Of a stretch of DNA of 64,000 nucleotides, positions 27,532 through 44,541 are shown piece by piece. The notes under the pieces were generated by a model. That model ran no database searches. It worked only from the letters and a program-made list of their open reading frames with translations, and was not told the DNA's origin. Both the position numbers and the translations under genes were made by a program. How positions within the stretch are numbered: position 1 is the stretch's first letter; the number at the start of each line of letters is the position of its first letter. This DNA comes from a bacterium. Lineage in GTDB: Bacteria > Bacillota_I > Bacilli_A > RFN20 > DUOZ01. The DNA lies in contig DUOZ01000115.1 of assembly GCA_012838555.1 (NCBI GenBank), positions 2,226 through 66,225 on the forward strand, in the 5' to 3' direction.

Positions 27532-28083
27532 TTATAATTTCAAGAAGTTTTTAAAACTTTTAACATAAGAACGCATTACTTCTAATTGCTGTTTATTATC
27601 TAACACTAATAGTAATTTGGCATTAAAAGCTGTTCTTATTTCACTTATTTTAGCGACATTAACAATTGTAGCTTTACCAATTCGTACAAAGTTATCATTT
27701 TTTAAGAGGTTTTCTAGTTGATAAAGTGTGCTTTTAATTAGATAATTATTTCCTCTTGTGTATAAGAATAAATCTGTTCCATAGGTTTGGAAATAATAGA
27801 TATCTTGAATAAAAATTCTAAGTAGCCCTTTATCAGTGTTAAAGACAATAATTCTTGAATCATCTTTTTTTAGAGCGTTGACTAGTTTTTTAATTTCAGG
27901 AATGTTTTCTTTATTAATTAAGATGTTAACCTTGTCTTTTTCAAATAAAGATATATCGTCGCATATAACATACGATGCATTTTCTTCACTTTGAATATCA
28001 AAATCAATCTTTTCTTTTGTATCAAGTTTAGAAATTTTGAGTTTGATCATTGTCTCCCTCCTTAGTATTTTATAATTTTTCAT
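27532..28083 (-). CDS. LytTR-domain DNA-binding protein without receiver domain
   Basis: The C-terminal 95 aa (FVRIGKATIVNVAKISEI..) match the LytTR fold signature. The N-terminal 90 aa is unassigned. Confidence 0.65.
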   Translation of the reverse strand: MKNYKILRRETMIKLKISKLDTKEKIDFDIQSEENASYVICDDISLFEKDKVNILINKENIPEIKKLVNALKKDDSRIIVFNTDKGLLRIFIQDIYYFQTYGTDLFLYTRGNNYLIKSTLYQLENLLKNDNFVRIGKATIVNVAKISEIRTAFNAKLLLVLDNKQQLEVMRSYVKSFKNFLKL

Positions 28084-28178
28084 ATAAAAAGTGGCAATAT
28101 TTCAAGTAACTTACATTGATAAAATTATATCATACATGAATGTGTAATAAAGTTTTAATTTATCCCAATAGTTTAGAA

Positions 28179-28388
28179 TTATATTATAAGGATGAAGAAA
28201 TTAGGATATATAAATCCTTGATAGCGAAATTTTGCTTTATAAGGACAATTATTTCTATGTTTACAAAATATAGATTTACCTGTTGCAGTTCTTCTTTTAG
28301 CATGTCCTCTGTTTCTTTTCATTTCTCTATAAATAGTTTGTCTAGATACATTTATAACAGAAGCAATCTCTTGAGCGGCCTTATTCAT
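28179..28388 (-). pseudogene. IS30-family transposase remnant (N-terminal HTH only)
   Basis: It encodes 69 codons. AQEIASVINVSRQTIYREMKRN matches the conserved IS30 N-terminal HTH (..STI(Y/S)REIKRG..). No DDE domain follows. Confidence 0.5.
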
Positions 28389-28576
28389 TTCAATACGGAT
28401 TGAATTTTTACTCTATCACTTAATGTGGGTTGTTTTGCATTTTGTCTTTTTTCGAAATAAAATTTACAACCATATTTAACAGGGTTTACATAAAATAGTT
28501 GAAATATTTGATATTAGTATAATAATTTTTATATAATAGTAATAAGTTTATCTATCAAATTTTGAGGTGAAAGAGT

Positions 28577-29305
28577 ATGGAATATAAAATTGGTGCATTC
28601 TTCGTTCATGGATTTATGGGGTATCCGACAGATTTTGGGAACTTATCTGTTGCATTAGAAAAATTAAATATTGATACGAAGTTAATAATATTACCAGGCC
28701 ATGATAAAGGTGAAAATCCTTCTTTATACAGTTGGAAAAATTGGTTAAGCTATGCAGAAGAAAGATATTTAGAGTATAAAGAAAAATTAGATATTGTATA
28801 TCTAATAGGTTTTTCTATGGGAGGTACAATTGCAACTTATCTAGCTAATAAGCATGGTTGTGATAAATTGGTCTTAATTGCTCCTGCATTTGAATATTTT
28901 AATCCAATTCAAAATATAAAAGATATTAAATTAGCATTTAAGCGTCGTTATTTTAGTATTAATAAGATTAAAGCAATGATGAAACAAGAACTTGGATATC
29001 AAAATGAAAATAAAATCAAATTTAAGACTTATCGCGATTTTATAATGTTAACAAAGTATTGCATTAAAAATATTGGTTATTTAGATATACCTATTAGAAT
29101 ATATCATGGTGAAAATGATGAACTTATACCTTTAAGTTCATCAATGAATGCACTTAAAAGATTTACTAATCAAGATAAAAAACTAGATATTATTCCTTAT
29201 GGAAGACATATGTTATTAACTGGGGCGAGTGCTAAGGTAGTTGAATCATCGATTGCAGAGTTCTTAAGTGTAACGTTAGTTAAAGAAGAGGCAACTATTA
29301 GCTAG
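28577..29305 (+). CDS. Alpha/beta-fold hydrolase (esterase/lipase-like)
   Basis: It has the GFSMGG nucleophile elbow and is 242 aa, with a GGTG RBS. Confidence 0.7.
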   Translation: MEYKIGAFFVHGFMGYPTDFGNLSVALEKLNIDTKLIILPGHDKGENPSLYSWKNWLSYAEERYLEYKEKLDIVYLIGFSMGGTIATYLANKHGCDKLVLIAPAFEYFNPIQNIKDIKLAFKRRYFSINKIKAMMKQELGYQNENKIKFKTYRDFIMLTKYCIKNIGYLDIPIRIYHGENDELIPLSSSMNALKRFTNQDKKLDIIPYGRHMLLTGASAKVVESSIAEFLSVTLVKEEATIS

Positions 29306-29319
29306 AAAGGTGGACATCA

Positions 29320-30660
29320 ATGGGATATATTGATCGTGTTATTAAATACATTGAAGATAACTATAAAAATGAAAAAGAATTTGTTCAATCAGCAAAAGAG
29401 ATTTTAAAATCACTTAATAAAGTCGTTGAAATTAATCCTATTTATGAAAAAGAAAGAATTTTAGAAAGAATTATTATACCTGATAGAGTTGTTATGTTTA
29501 AAGTTATGTATGAAGATGATAATGGTGTTAATCAAGTTCATAACGGTTATCGTGTTCAATTTAATAATGCTCTAGGCCCTTATAAGGGTGGAATTAGATT
29601 TCATCCAAGTGTTAATTTGAGTATTTTGAAGTTTTTAGGATTTGAACAGATTTTTAAGAATGCATTAACAGGATTACCTCTAGGTGGAGGTAAAGGTGGA
29701 AGTGACTTTGATCCTAAAGGAAAAAGTGAAATTGAAATTAAGAGATTTTGTATTAGTTTTATGAATGAACTTTATCACTATATAGGAAGTGACAAAGATG
29801 TCCCAGCAGGTGATATTGGAGTCGGTCAAAAGGAAATTGGTTATTTATACGGTCAATACAAAAAACTTACTAATCAATCCTTAAGTGGCGTAATTACGGG
29901 TAAAGGTGTTGGTTATGGTGGATCTTTACTTAGGAAAGAGGCTACAGGTTATGGGTTAATTTATTTTGTTGAAAGAATGTTAAGTCAAAATAATGATACT
30001 TTAAAAAATAAACGAGTTATGATTTCTGGATCAGGAAATGTAGCACTTCATGCCGCAAAAAAGGCAGTAGAACTAGGTGCTAAGGTCATTACTATAAGCG
30101 ATAGTAAAGGTTATATTTATGATAAAAAAGGTGTTGATTTATCCTTAGTTAGTGAAATAAAAGAAAAAAGGAAAGGTAGAATTAAAGAATATTTAGATTA
30201 TAAGAAGGATGCAGTTTATGGTGAAGGCAGTGTCTATGATGCTAATATCAATGTAGATATTGTGTTACCGTGTGCAACTCAAAATGAAATTGATTTAGAT
30301 AGAGTGAAAAATATTATTAATAATGGCTGTATTTTATTAGCAGAAGGTGCGAATATGCCTTTAAATAACGAGGCAATTAATTATTTATTAGAATTAGATG
30401 GTTTCTTATATGCTCCAGGGAAAGCTGCGAATGCTGGAGGGGTAAGTGTCTCGGGTTTAGAAATGGTTCAAAATTCTCAACGTTACTACTTTAGTAGTGA
30501 ACAAGTTGATAAAATGTTAAAAGAGATTATGTATCAAATTCATGATGAATGTATTAATACTTGCTTAATGTATGGTGAAAAGCCAACTAATTATGTCTTT
30601 GGTGCGAATGCTCGAGGATTTGTTAGAGTAGCAGATGCTATGATTGCACAAAATCTATAA
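29320..30660 (+). CDS. gdhA: NAD(P)-specific glutamate dehydrogenase
   Basis: It is 446 aa with the GGGKGGSDFDPKGKS lysine motif, a GFEQIFKN motif and the C-terminal dinucleotide fold GSGNVA. Confidence 0.9.
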   Translation: MGYIDRVIKYIEDNYKNEKEFVQSAKEILKSLNKVVEINPIYEKERILERIIIPDRVVMFKVMYEDDNGVNQVHNGYRVQFNNALGPYKGGIRFHPSVNLSILKFLGFEQIFKNALTGLPLGGGKGGSDFDPKGKSEIEIKRFCISFMNELYHYIGSDKDVPAGDIGVGQKEIGYLYGQYKKLTNQSLSGVITGKGVGYGGSLLRKEATGYGLIYFVERMLSQNNDTLKNKRVMISGSGNVALHAAKKAVELGAKVITISDSKGYIYDKKGVDLSLVSEIKEKRKGRIKEYLDYKKDAVYGEGSVYDANINVDIVLPCATQNEIDLDRVKNIINNGCILLAEGANMPLNNEAINYLLELDGFLYAPGKAANAGGVSVSGLEMVQNSQRYYFSSEQVDKMLKEIMYQIHDECINTCLMYGEKPTNYVFGANARGFVRVADAMIAQNL

Positions 30661-30663
30661 AAA

Positions 30664-30696
30664 AAGAATCAAAGTTTTTCTATGACTTTGATTCTT
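30664..30696. terminator. Bidirectional terminator between gdhA and the convergent membrane-protein operon
   Basis: A perfect 12-bp stem AAGAATCAAAGT/ACTTTGATTCTT has a 9-nt loop. An A-run upstream gives a U-run on the minus strand, and T-rich sequence lies downstream. Confidence 0.6.
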
Positions 30697-31123
30697 CAAT
30701 TCTTTTATTTACTGCTTTAATAATTTCATAAGGTTCAATTAAATGCATAATCCTTATTTTAGTGTCTGTTTCAATGATTAAGACATCTTTTTCAACGCTA
30801 ATCGTTTTAATATCACTATATTTAATTTTACTATTTCTTAAATACGACTTACTAACATCATTTATTTCTAAACAATCATCATAGACTCTTACATAAGTAT
30901 TTTTAAATATATGGTTAGTCGCTGCAACAGAGATAATAATAACTAATAAAAGTGAAATTGATGTATTAATAATGATTCGATTTAAATCTTCACCATATTG
31001 AAAGGTTAGAAAAACTTCCATTAAACCTCCTAGAATCAAAAGTAAGATTGCAAGAGGGATGGTTGTTTTTTTAATTATGCTTTTTAGTGATGTCCTTTTT
31101 TCAATTAAAAATTGATTTCCCAT
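30680..31123 (-). CDS. Hypothetical membrane protein (two TM helices plus possible bacterial PH-like domain)
   Basis: It is 147 aa. Its topology resembles DUF304/bPH_2 proteins. This is a weak call. Confidence 0.35.
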   Translation of the reverse strand: MGNQFLIEKRTSLKSIIKKTTIPLAILLLILGGLMEVFLTFQYGEDLNRIIINTSISLLLVIIISVAATNHIFKNTYVRVYDDCLEINDVSKSYLRNSKIKYSDIKTISVEKDVLIIETDTKIRIMHLIEPYEIIKAVNKRIEESKS

Positions 31124-31128
31124 TTTTA

Positions 31129-31749
31129 TTACACCTGCCTTGGTTGATTAAGATTCTCTAAGTTTGGTGCTAGAGCTTTATGAGCAACATATTTAGCACG
31201 CTTAATTCTAGCGTTGTGGATAAAAAGCCGATCTAAAATTAAGACAAAAGAGATAAAGACTAAGAGAATATAAGTGTAAGTAACATAGCCATCAAGATTT
31301 AAGACTGGATTAGGTGTCTTCTTAACGATTGGCCAGTCACTAATTAATGTTAGACCAAAAAATCTTTCTGTAGGCCAATATAATTCAAACGTTAATGAAT
31401 CTAAAGCGTTATACATTCCCGTAAAATCAAAATTCCTAAAATTGTAGAAATATAGGAAAAATAAAATCGTTAAAATAATAATGGTTCTAAATTTCCATCT
31501 AGTGTCAAAGTAAAGTGATCTTTCTTCTCTTTGTTTTACATAACTCTTAAATTTATCAACATTGGTAATGAGGTTAAACCTAATCATTCCGTACATGTAG
31601 CCGTCAATATATTCCCCTTCGCGTTCGCTTCTTTTCTTGATTAGTTCGCCTATTATGCCAATTAAGACAATAACTGTAGCTAAAATAATGGCAATAATGG
31701 CGATTTTCTTTTTATCACTTTCAGAAAGTTGGATTAAAAAGATGCTCAT
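31129..31749 (-). CDS. Hypothetical membrane protein
   Basis: It is 206 aa with three hydrophobic segments and no recognisable domain. Confidence 0.4.
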   Translation of the reverse strand: MSIFLIQLSESDKKKIAIIAIILATVIVLIGIIGELIKKRSEREGEYIDGYMYGMIRFNLITNVDKFKSYVKQREERSLYFDTRWKFRTIIILTILFFLYFYNFRNFDFTGMYNALDSLTFELYWPTERFFGLTLISDWPIVKKTPNPVLNLDGYVTYTYILLVFISFVLILDRLFIHNARIKRAKYVAHKALAPNLENLNQPRQV

Positions 31750-32180
31750 AGTTTATCCTCTTGTTTTGGAATCTCATTAGTCTGTTGGTTATAGTTAGGA
31801 TATTGAGGCTGTTGAGGTGGATATTGAGTAGGATTTGGCTGTTGATAATACGGATGATTAAATTGATTAGGAGGATAACTCATTTGTTGATTAATCTGAC
31901 CGTTAGTAAAATTTTGTTGAGGAATAGTTTGCATTTGAATTGTTTGTTTTTGTAATGCTTCTTGACGCAAGCAGGTTTCTAATTTGAGCGATAGTTCGTC
32001 GATATTACGAAATTTCTTCCCGTTTAAAAAATTGAATAATGTGATGATCTCCCCACCGATAAATACGATAATAGTTTTTAATAGATGTAAAGCATACTTA
32101 GCTAAATAGTAAGGGCTTAACACTATATAAATTAGTCCATTCACAAAATAAGTGAGCAATTTAAGCATGAGATTCACCAC
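31746..32180 (-). CDS. Hypothetical membrane protein with Q/P/N/Y-rich C-terminal tail
   Basis: Two N-terminal TM helices are followed by the tail QTIQMQTIPQQNFTNGQINQQMSYPPNQFNHPYYQQPNPTQYPPQQPQYPNYNQQ. It overlaps the downstream gene by 4 nt. Confidence 0.45.
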   Translation of the reverse strand: MVNLMLKLLTYFVNGLIYIVLSPYYLAKYALHLLKTIIVFIGGEIITLFNFLNGKKFRNIDELSLKLETCLRQEALQKQTIQMQTIPQQNFTNGQINQQMSYPPNQFNHPYYQQPNPTQYPPQQPQYPNYNQQTNEIPKQEDKL

Positions 32181-32186
32181 CTAAAA

Positions 32187-33074
32187 TTATTTTACAACAT
32201 TTTTCGACATATTTGTTAACAATATGACAAAAGTTTTTAGATAGTAGGGAAGAAAAAAGAAAGTAATTAACATTAAGATACTATCACTAGGAAACTTTTT
32301 CATTAAAGGTAACGTAACAAATAAAATAAATAAAGAACCTATAACTAGAAATATAAAATGTTTATTTGTTTTACTAAAGGCATAAATGATAATGGGAATA
32401 AAGGTTATTAAATAAATGAACATGAAATAAATAGCAACATTAAGATAAGTTGTATTAAATAATATTAAACTAATAATAAGGGCAACTAAACTAAAACAGA
32501 CGAAGAAAAAACTAGGATCATAATTATTATTGACTTTTATATTCATTCTATTTAATTCTTCTTTGATAATTATATGAGTAAGGATACTTTGACAAAATCC
32601 AATAAGTAAAATTAATGAGGGTCCGTAATTATTAAATGTTGTTTCAGAGATATTAAAAAATGATTTAGCTAAATCTATAAAGTCGATATGATAAACTAAA
32701 TCAATTATAAAAATTGAAAATAAAAATAAAAGTGATGAGATAAAGGTTAAAGTGTATATTAATGATAAACTATTAAATTTTAGTTTTATTAGATAACCAT
32801 AAGCAATACCACTTACTAATGATGGGATGATATATAATAAAGTTTTAATTAAATCAATAGGAAAACAAATTAATGATGTTGCAACAAAAAATAAAAGTGT
32901 ATGTAAAGGCTTGTTTTTTAAACTATAAAGAGCAGAGGCAAAAGGTAAGCCAACAATTAAAATAAAATCAACACCAATAATTGCATTTGATACGATTAAT
33001 AAAACTACATGTAAAGCTGCAAATAAACCAGCCTGAGTAAGAGGTTTTATTTTGTTCATTTTTAAGCCTCCCAT
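32187..33074 (-). CDS. Hypothetical polytopic membrane protein (about 8 TM helices)
   Basis: It is 295 aa and very hydrophobic, with a GGGAGG RBS. It is the first gene of a four-gene membrane-protein operon. Confidence 0.45.
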   Translation of the reverse strand: MGGLKMNKIKPLTQAGLFAALHVVLLIVSNAIIGVDFILIVGLPFASALYSLKNKPLHTLLFFVATSLICFPIDLIKTLLYIIPSLVSGIAYGYLIKLKFNSLSLIYTLTFISSLLFLFSIFIIDLVYHIDFIDLAKSFFNISETTFNNYGPSLILLIGFCQSILTHIIIKEELNRMNIKVNNNYDPSFFFVCFSLVALIISLILFNTTYLNVAIYFMFIYLITFIPIIIYAFSKTNKHFIFLVIGSLFILFVTLPLMKKFPSDSILMLITFFFLPYYLKTFVILLTNMSKNVVK

Positions 33075-33191
33075 AATATTATCTTATCACATTATCTAAT
33101 TTATAATTAAATGGATTTTTTAATTTATGTTTTTGGTTAATGTTACGTAAAGTTATTGTTTTATTTAATTAAATTCTATATAGTTAACTAG

Positions 33192-36068
<2,877 letters not shown>

Positions 36069-36301
36069 ATTTTAAGAAAGCAGGATAAGAAAATAAAGAA
36101 GTAAATACAAATAAGCAAAGTGCTGTTAATGTATTAAACGAAGCTTATGTAAGTGCCTAGTAAATAGATAAAAGAAAACTCCTAGTATGATTAAACAAGT
36201 TATCATGTTTTAGAATAACCTAGTTTGAACGTGGACTATTATTTATGGTTATGATAAAATTTATTTCGTGAAACGGGCTGTTTTCACTAGGAGGGTGCTT
36301 A

Positions 36302-40755
<4,454 letters not shown>

Positions 40756-42225
40756 ATGAGTTATTTAGATTTATCAGTTAAAGAATTAGCTTTAAAAATA
40801 AAAAATAAAGAAGTTTTACCTTCTACTTTAGCTAAAGAATCTTTAGAAAGAGCGAAAAATTATCAAGGATTATATAATTCTTTTGTTACTATTACTGAAA
40901 AAGAAGCGTTGACTCAAGCCCAAGAATTAGATAATTTAGAATCTGATAATCCTTTATTTGGTATTCCTTATGCTTTAAAAGACAATTTTTCAACTAAAGA
41001 TATTTTAACTACTGCTTCTAGTAATATCTTAAAAAATTATGTACCTGTTTTTGATGCGGAAGTAGTAAGAAAATTAAAACAAAATAAGGCTGTTTTAATC
41101 GGTAAAACGGTTATGGATGAACTTGCTATGGGTGGAACGTCAGTAAGCGGACATACTGGTAAAGTGATAAATCCTTATTCAGAAACACTTTCCCATATGG
41201 CAGGTGGCTCTAGTGGAGGAAGTGCTGCTAGTGTAGCTAGCGGAATTGTTCCTTTTGCCATCGGTTCTGATACAGGTGATTCAGTAAGAAAACCGGCTTC
41301 TTATTGCGGTATCGTAGGATTTAAACCAAGTTATGGTTTAATTTCTCGATTTGGATTATTTCCATTTGCGACTTCTTTAGACCATGCTGCCTTTTTTACA
41401 AGAACAGTTGAAGATAGTGCTTATGTATTAAATGCACTTGCAGGCAATGATGAAAAAGATATGACAAGTGCAGTTAAAGAAAAAGAAGATTATGCTAAGA
41501 ACTTATCTAGTGATGTTAAAGGAAGAAAAGTCGCTGTTGTAAACGGAATTATTAATTCGATAAAAGATAAAAAAGTTAGAAAATTATTTGATGAAACTAT
41601 TGAAAAGATAAAAGAAACAGGTGTTCAAGTTGATTATATAGATGTTGATTTAAACTTATTAAGAGCGATTTTACCTGTTTATATGGTTATTTCTTGTGCT
41701 GAAGCGACTTCAAATAATGCTAGTTTAGATGGTATTAAGTTTGGTTATCAAGTCAAGGGTGATAGCGTTGAAGAAACAGTTATTAAAACTAGAACTCAAG
41801 GATTTGGTGAATTAATTAAGCGTAGATTTGTATTAGGAAGTTATGTTCTTAAAAAAGAAAATCAAGAAAAAATCTATATTAGAGCTCAAAAGGTACGAAG
41901 AATCCTTGTTGATAAAGTAAATGATATCTTTAAAGAATATGATGCTTTATTCTTGCCTGCTGCAGGAAGTAGTGCACCAGAATTTGAATCAAGTAACCTT
42001 GATAAACTTTCCGATGAATATTTAATTGCTGAAAATCATATGGCAATTGGTAACTTTGGAGGTTTCCCAAGCATTACTATTCCTTGTGGTTTAATAGATG
42101 GGTTCCCATTTGGTGTTAATATCACTGGAAGAGTATTTGAAGATCAAACAGTCTTAAATCTAGCTCTAGCATTAGAAGAAAAAACAGGGTTTAAAAATAA
42201 AGTTGTAGCAAAAGGAGGGAATTAA
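40756..42225 (+). CDS. gatA: Glu/Asp-tRNA amidotransferase subunit A (amidase signature family)
   Basis: It has the amidase signature GGSSGGSAASVASG and is 489 aa. Confidence 0.9.
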   Translation: MSYLDLSVKELALKIKNKEVLPSTLAKESLERAKNYQGLYNSFVTITEKEALTQAQELDNLESDNPLFGIPYALKDNFSTKDILTTASSNILKNYVPVFDAEVVRKLKQNKAVLIGKTVMDELAMGGTSVSGHTGKVINPYSETLSHMAGGSSGGSAASVASGIVPFAIGSDTGDSVRKPASYCGIVGFKPSYGLISRFGLFPFATSLDHAAFFTRTVEDSAYVLNALAGNDEKDMTSAVKEKEDYAKNLSSDVKGRKVAVVNGIINSIKDKKVRKLFDETIEKIKETGVQVDYIDVDLNLLRAILPVYMVISCAEATSNNASLDGIKFGYQVKGDSVEETVIKTRTQGFGELIKRRFVLGSYVLKKENQEKIYIRAQKVRRILVDKVNDIFKEYDALFLPAAGSSAPEFESSNLDKLSDEYLIAENHMAIGNFGGFPSITIPCGLIDGFPFGVNITGRVFEDQTVLNLALALEEKTGFKNKVVAKGGN

Positions 42226-42227
42226 AG

Positions 42228-43658
42228 ATGAAATTTGAAACAGTTATTGGTGTTGAAATCCATCTTGAATTAAAAACTAAAACAAAAATGTTCTCTCCAT
42301 CGCCAAATACCTTTGGTTCACGTCCAAATACCAATGTATCAGCAATAGATATGGCTTTCCCTGGAACAATGCCTAGATTAAATAAGAAAGCCGTTGAGTA
42401 TGCAATTAAAGCTGCTACAATTTTAAATTGTGAGATCGATAATGAGTTATACTTTGACCGTAAGAACTATTTTTATCCTGATTTACCAAAAGGTTATCAA
42501 ATTACACAAGATAAACGTCCGATAGGTAAAAATGGATATGTTGATATTTTTGTAGATGGTATTAAAAAGAGAATTAAAATTGTTCGTGTCCATATGGAAG
42601 AAGATACTGCAAAGCAACTACACTTTGATGATTATACTTTAATTGATTATAATCGATGTGGAGTACCTTTAATTGAAATAGTTACTGATGCTTCTTTAAG
42701 AAATGGTAAAGAAGCTGCAGCATACTTAAATAAATTAAGGCAATTGGTTCTTTATGCAGGCATTAGTGATGCTAAAATGGAAGAAGGATCAATGCGTTGC
42801 GACGTAAATATTTCTTTAAGACCAGAAGGTCAAGAAGAATTTGGAGTTAAAACAGAAATTAAAAACTTAAACTCAATTTCTAATGTAGAAAGAGCGATTG
42901 AGTTTGAAAGAAATAGACAAGAGCAAATTCTTTTAAGTGGTGGAGAAGTTATTCAAGAAACTAGAAGATTTGATGAAGCAACCAAAGAAACAGTCTTAAT
43001 GAGAACTAAGTCTGATGCTGTTGATTATAAATATTTCTGTGAACCTAATATTTATCCTCTTAGACTTGATCCTGAATGGATTAAAAGGGTTCAAAGTGAA
43101 CTTCCAGTTATGCCAGATGTTAGAATCAATAAATACATGGATGAATATGGACTTAATGATTATGATGCTAGTGTTTTAACTCAAGTCATTGAAATTTCAG
43201 ATTATTATGATGAATGTGTTAAATATTCAAAAGAATATAAAATGCTTGCTAACTGGATTATGGGTGATGTAAGTGCCTATTTAAATAAAAATAGTCTTAC
43301 TATAAATGAATTTAAGATTAGACCTGTGGATTTAGCAGAACTAGTTGAAATGATTGCAAAAGGTGATATTTCATCTAAACAAGGTAAACAAGTCTTTGAA
43401 TTAATGCTAAATAGTGAAGAAACTAATCCTAGAAAGATTGCAAAAGAAAAAGGATTAATGCAAATAACAGATATTGAAGTTATTAGAAAACTAGCTATTG
43501 AAGTTTTAGATGCTAACCCTCAAGCTATAGAAACTTATAAACAAGGAAGAGATAATATTGTTGGTTTCTTAGTTGGTCAAACAATTAAAAAGTCAAAAGG
43601 ACAAGCCAATCCAGCTTTAGCTAATCAAGTTGTTAGAGAAGAATTAGCAAAAAGGTAG
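42228..43658 (+). CDS. gatB: Glu/Asp-tRNA amidotransferase subunit B
   Basis: Its N-terminus reads FETVIGVEIHLEL. It is 476 aa with the C-terminal GatB/YqeY domain. Confidence 0.9.
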   Translation: MKFETVIGVEIHLELKTKTKMFSPSPNTFGSRPNTNVSAIDMAFPGTMPRLNKKAVEYAIKAATILNCEIDNELYFDRKNYFYPDLPKGYQITQDKRPIGKNGYVDIFVDGIKKRIKIVRVHMEEDTAKQLHFDDYTLIDYNRCGVPLIEIVTDASLRNGKEAAAYLNKLRQLVLYAGISDAKMEEGSMRCDVNISLRPEGQEEFGVKTEIKNLNSISNVERAIEFERNRQEQILLSGGEVIQETRRFDEATKETVLMRTKSDAVDYKYFCEPNIYPLRLDPEWIKRVQSELPVMPDVRINKYMDEYGLNDYDASVLTQVIEISDYYDECVKYSKEYKMLANWIMGDVSAYLNKNSLTINEFKIRPVDLAELVEMIAKGDISSKQGKQVFELMLNSEETNPRKIAKEKGLMQITDIEVIRKLAIEVLDANPQAIETYKQGRDNIVGFLVGQTIKKSKGQANPALANQVVREELAKR

Positions 43659-43660
43659 TT

Positions 43661-44362
43661 ATGGGCGTTTTCATTAATGTAGTTGCCATTATTATCGGTG
43701 GTTTATTAGGAATACTATTTAAAAGATTTATTAATGAAGACATATCAAAAAGGATATTAAAATATCTAGGAGTTGTCGTAATTGTATTAGCTCTTAGCTG
43801 GGCGATTTCAAAAACGATTATTATTAAAGATGGTAATCTTACTACTAATGGTGAACTATTACTAATAGTTTCAATTGTTTTAGGAGCTATTATTGGTGAA
43901 ATCTTTAAAATTGATGATCGTTTAAATAATCTAAGTTCAAAGTTAGAAAATAAATATAAAATTAAGGGCTTTATGAGTGGATTTTTAGCTGCAACTTTAC
44001 TTTTTGGTGTTGGAGCTATGACTGTTGTAGGTCCAATTGAAGAAGCTTTATTAGGTAATAACAATATCTTATTAGTTAAAAGTGGATTAGACTTTATTAG
44101 TTCGATTATTTTAGGTTCGACTTTAGGCTATGGCGTCATCTTTTCTTCAATACCTATCTTCATTGTTGAAATAACATTTTATTTACTAGCACCATATTTA
44201 AGCATTTCAACTGAAATGTTAAATGATATCTTGTTAGTAGGATATGTAATTATTTTCACCATAGGCATTAATTTAAGTGGGTTAGGCAAAATAAAGACCG
44301 GTAACTTATTGCCTAGTATGTTGATACCTATTATTTATCACTTGATATTAAATTTATTATAG
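43661..44362 (+). CDS. DUF554-family membrane protein (YqgA-like)
   Basis: It is 233 aa with the N-terminus MGVFINVVAIIIGGLLG and six TM helices. Confidence 0.6.
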   Translation: MGVFINVVAIIIGGLLGILFKRFINEDISKRILKYLGVVVIVLALSWAISKTIIIKDGNLTTNGELLLIVSIVLGAIIGEIFKIDDRLNNLSSKLENKYKIKGFMSGFLAATLLFGVGAMTVVGPIEEALLGNNNILLVKSGLDFISSIILGSTLGYGVIFSSIPIFIVEITFYLLAPYLSISTEMLNDILLVGYVIIFTIGINLSGLGKIKTGNLLPSMLIPIIYHLILNLL

Positions 44363-44371
44363 AACGTAAAT

Positions 44372-44416
44372 AAAAGCTTAATTTTGATATTAATCGGAGT
44401 TAAGCTTTTTATTTTC
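44372..44416 (+). terminator. Rho-independent terminator after the gatCAB-DUF554 unit
   Basis: A 10-bp stem AAAAGCTTAA/TTAAGCTTTT has an 18-nt loop and is followed by TATTTTC. Confidence 0.4.
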
Positions 44417-44541
44417 ATACCTGATTAGAAATAAATTTTATTAGATCATTTTTGTCAATTTAAAATAATAAGGACGTTCCCAAACTTTCCTTTGTAATAA
44501 TGGAGACAATCAATAGGAATAATGTTTTATTATGTTAATAT

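Noticed and set aside
28140-28403. 87-aa plus-strand ORF
   Set aside because: It lies on the opposite strand of the IS30 transposase remnant. The minus-strand frame carries the recognisable IS30 HTH motif, and the plus frame has no similarity to anything.
36279-36298. Hairpin GTGAAAcgggctgtTTTCAC immediately upstream of the pcrA RBS
   Set aside because: It has a 6-bp stem with no downstream U-tract and sits directly before AGGAGG. It is not a terminator. It could be a minor 5'-UTR structure, but there is no basis for a functional claim.
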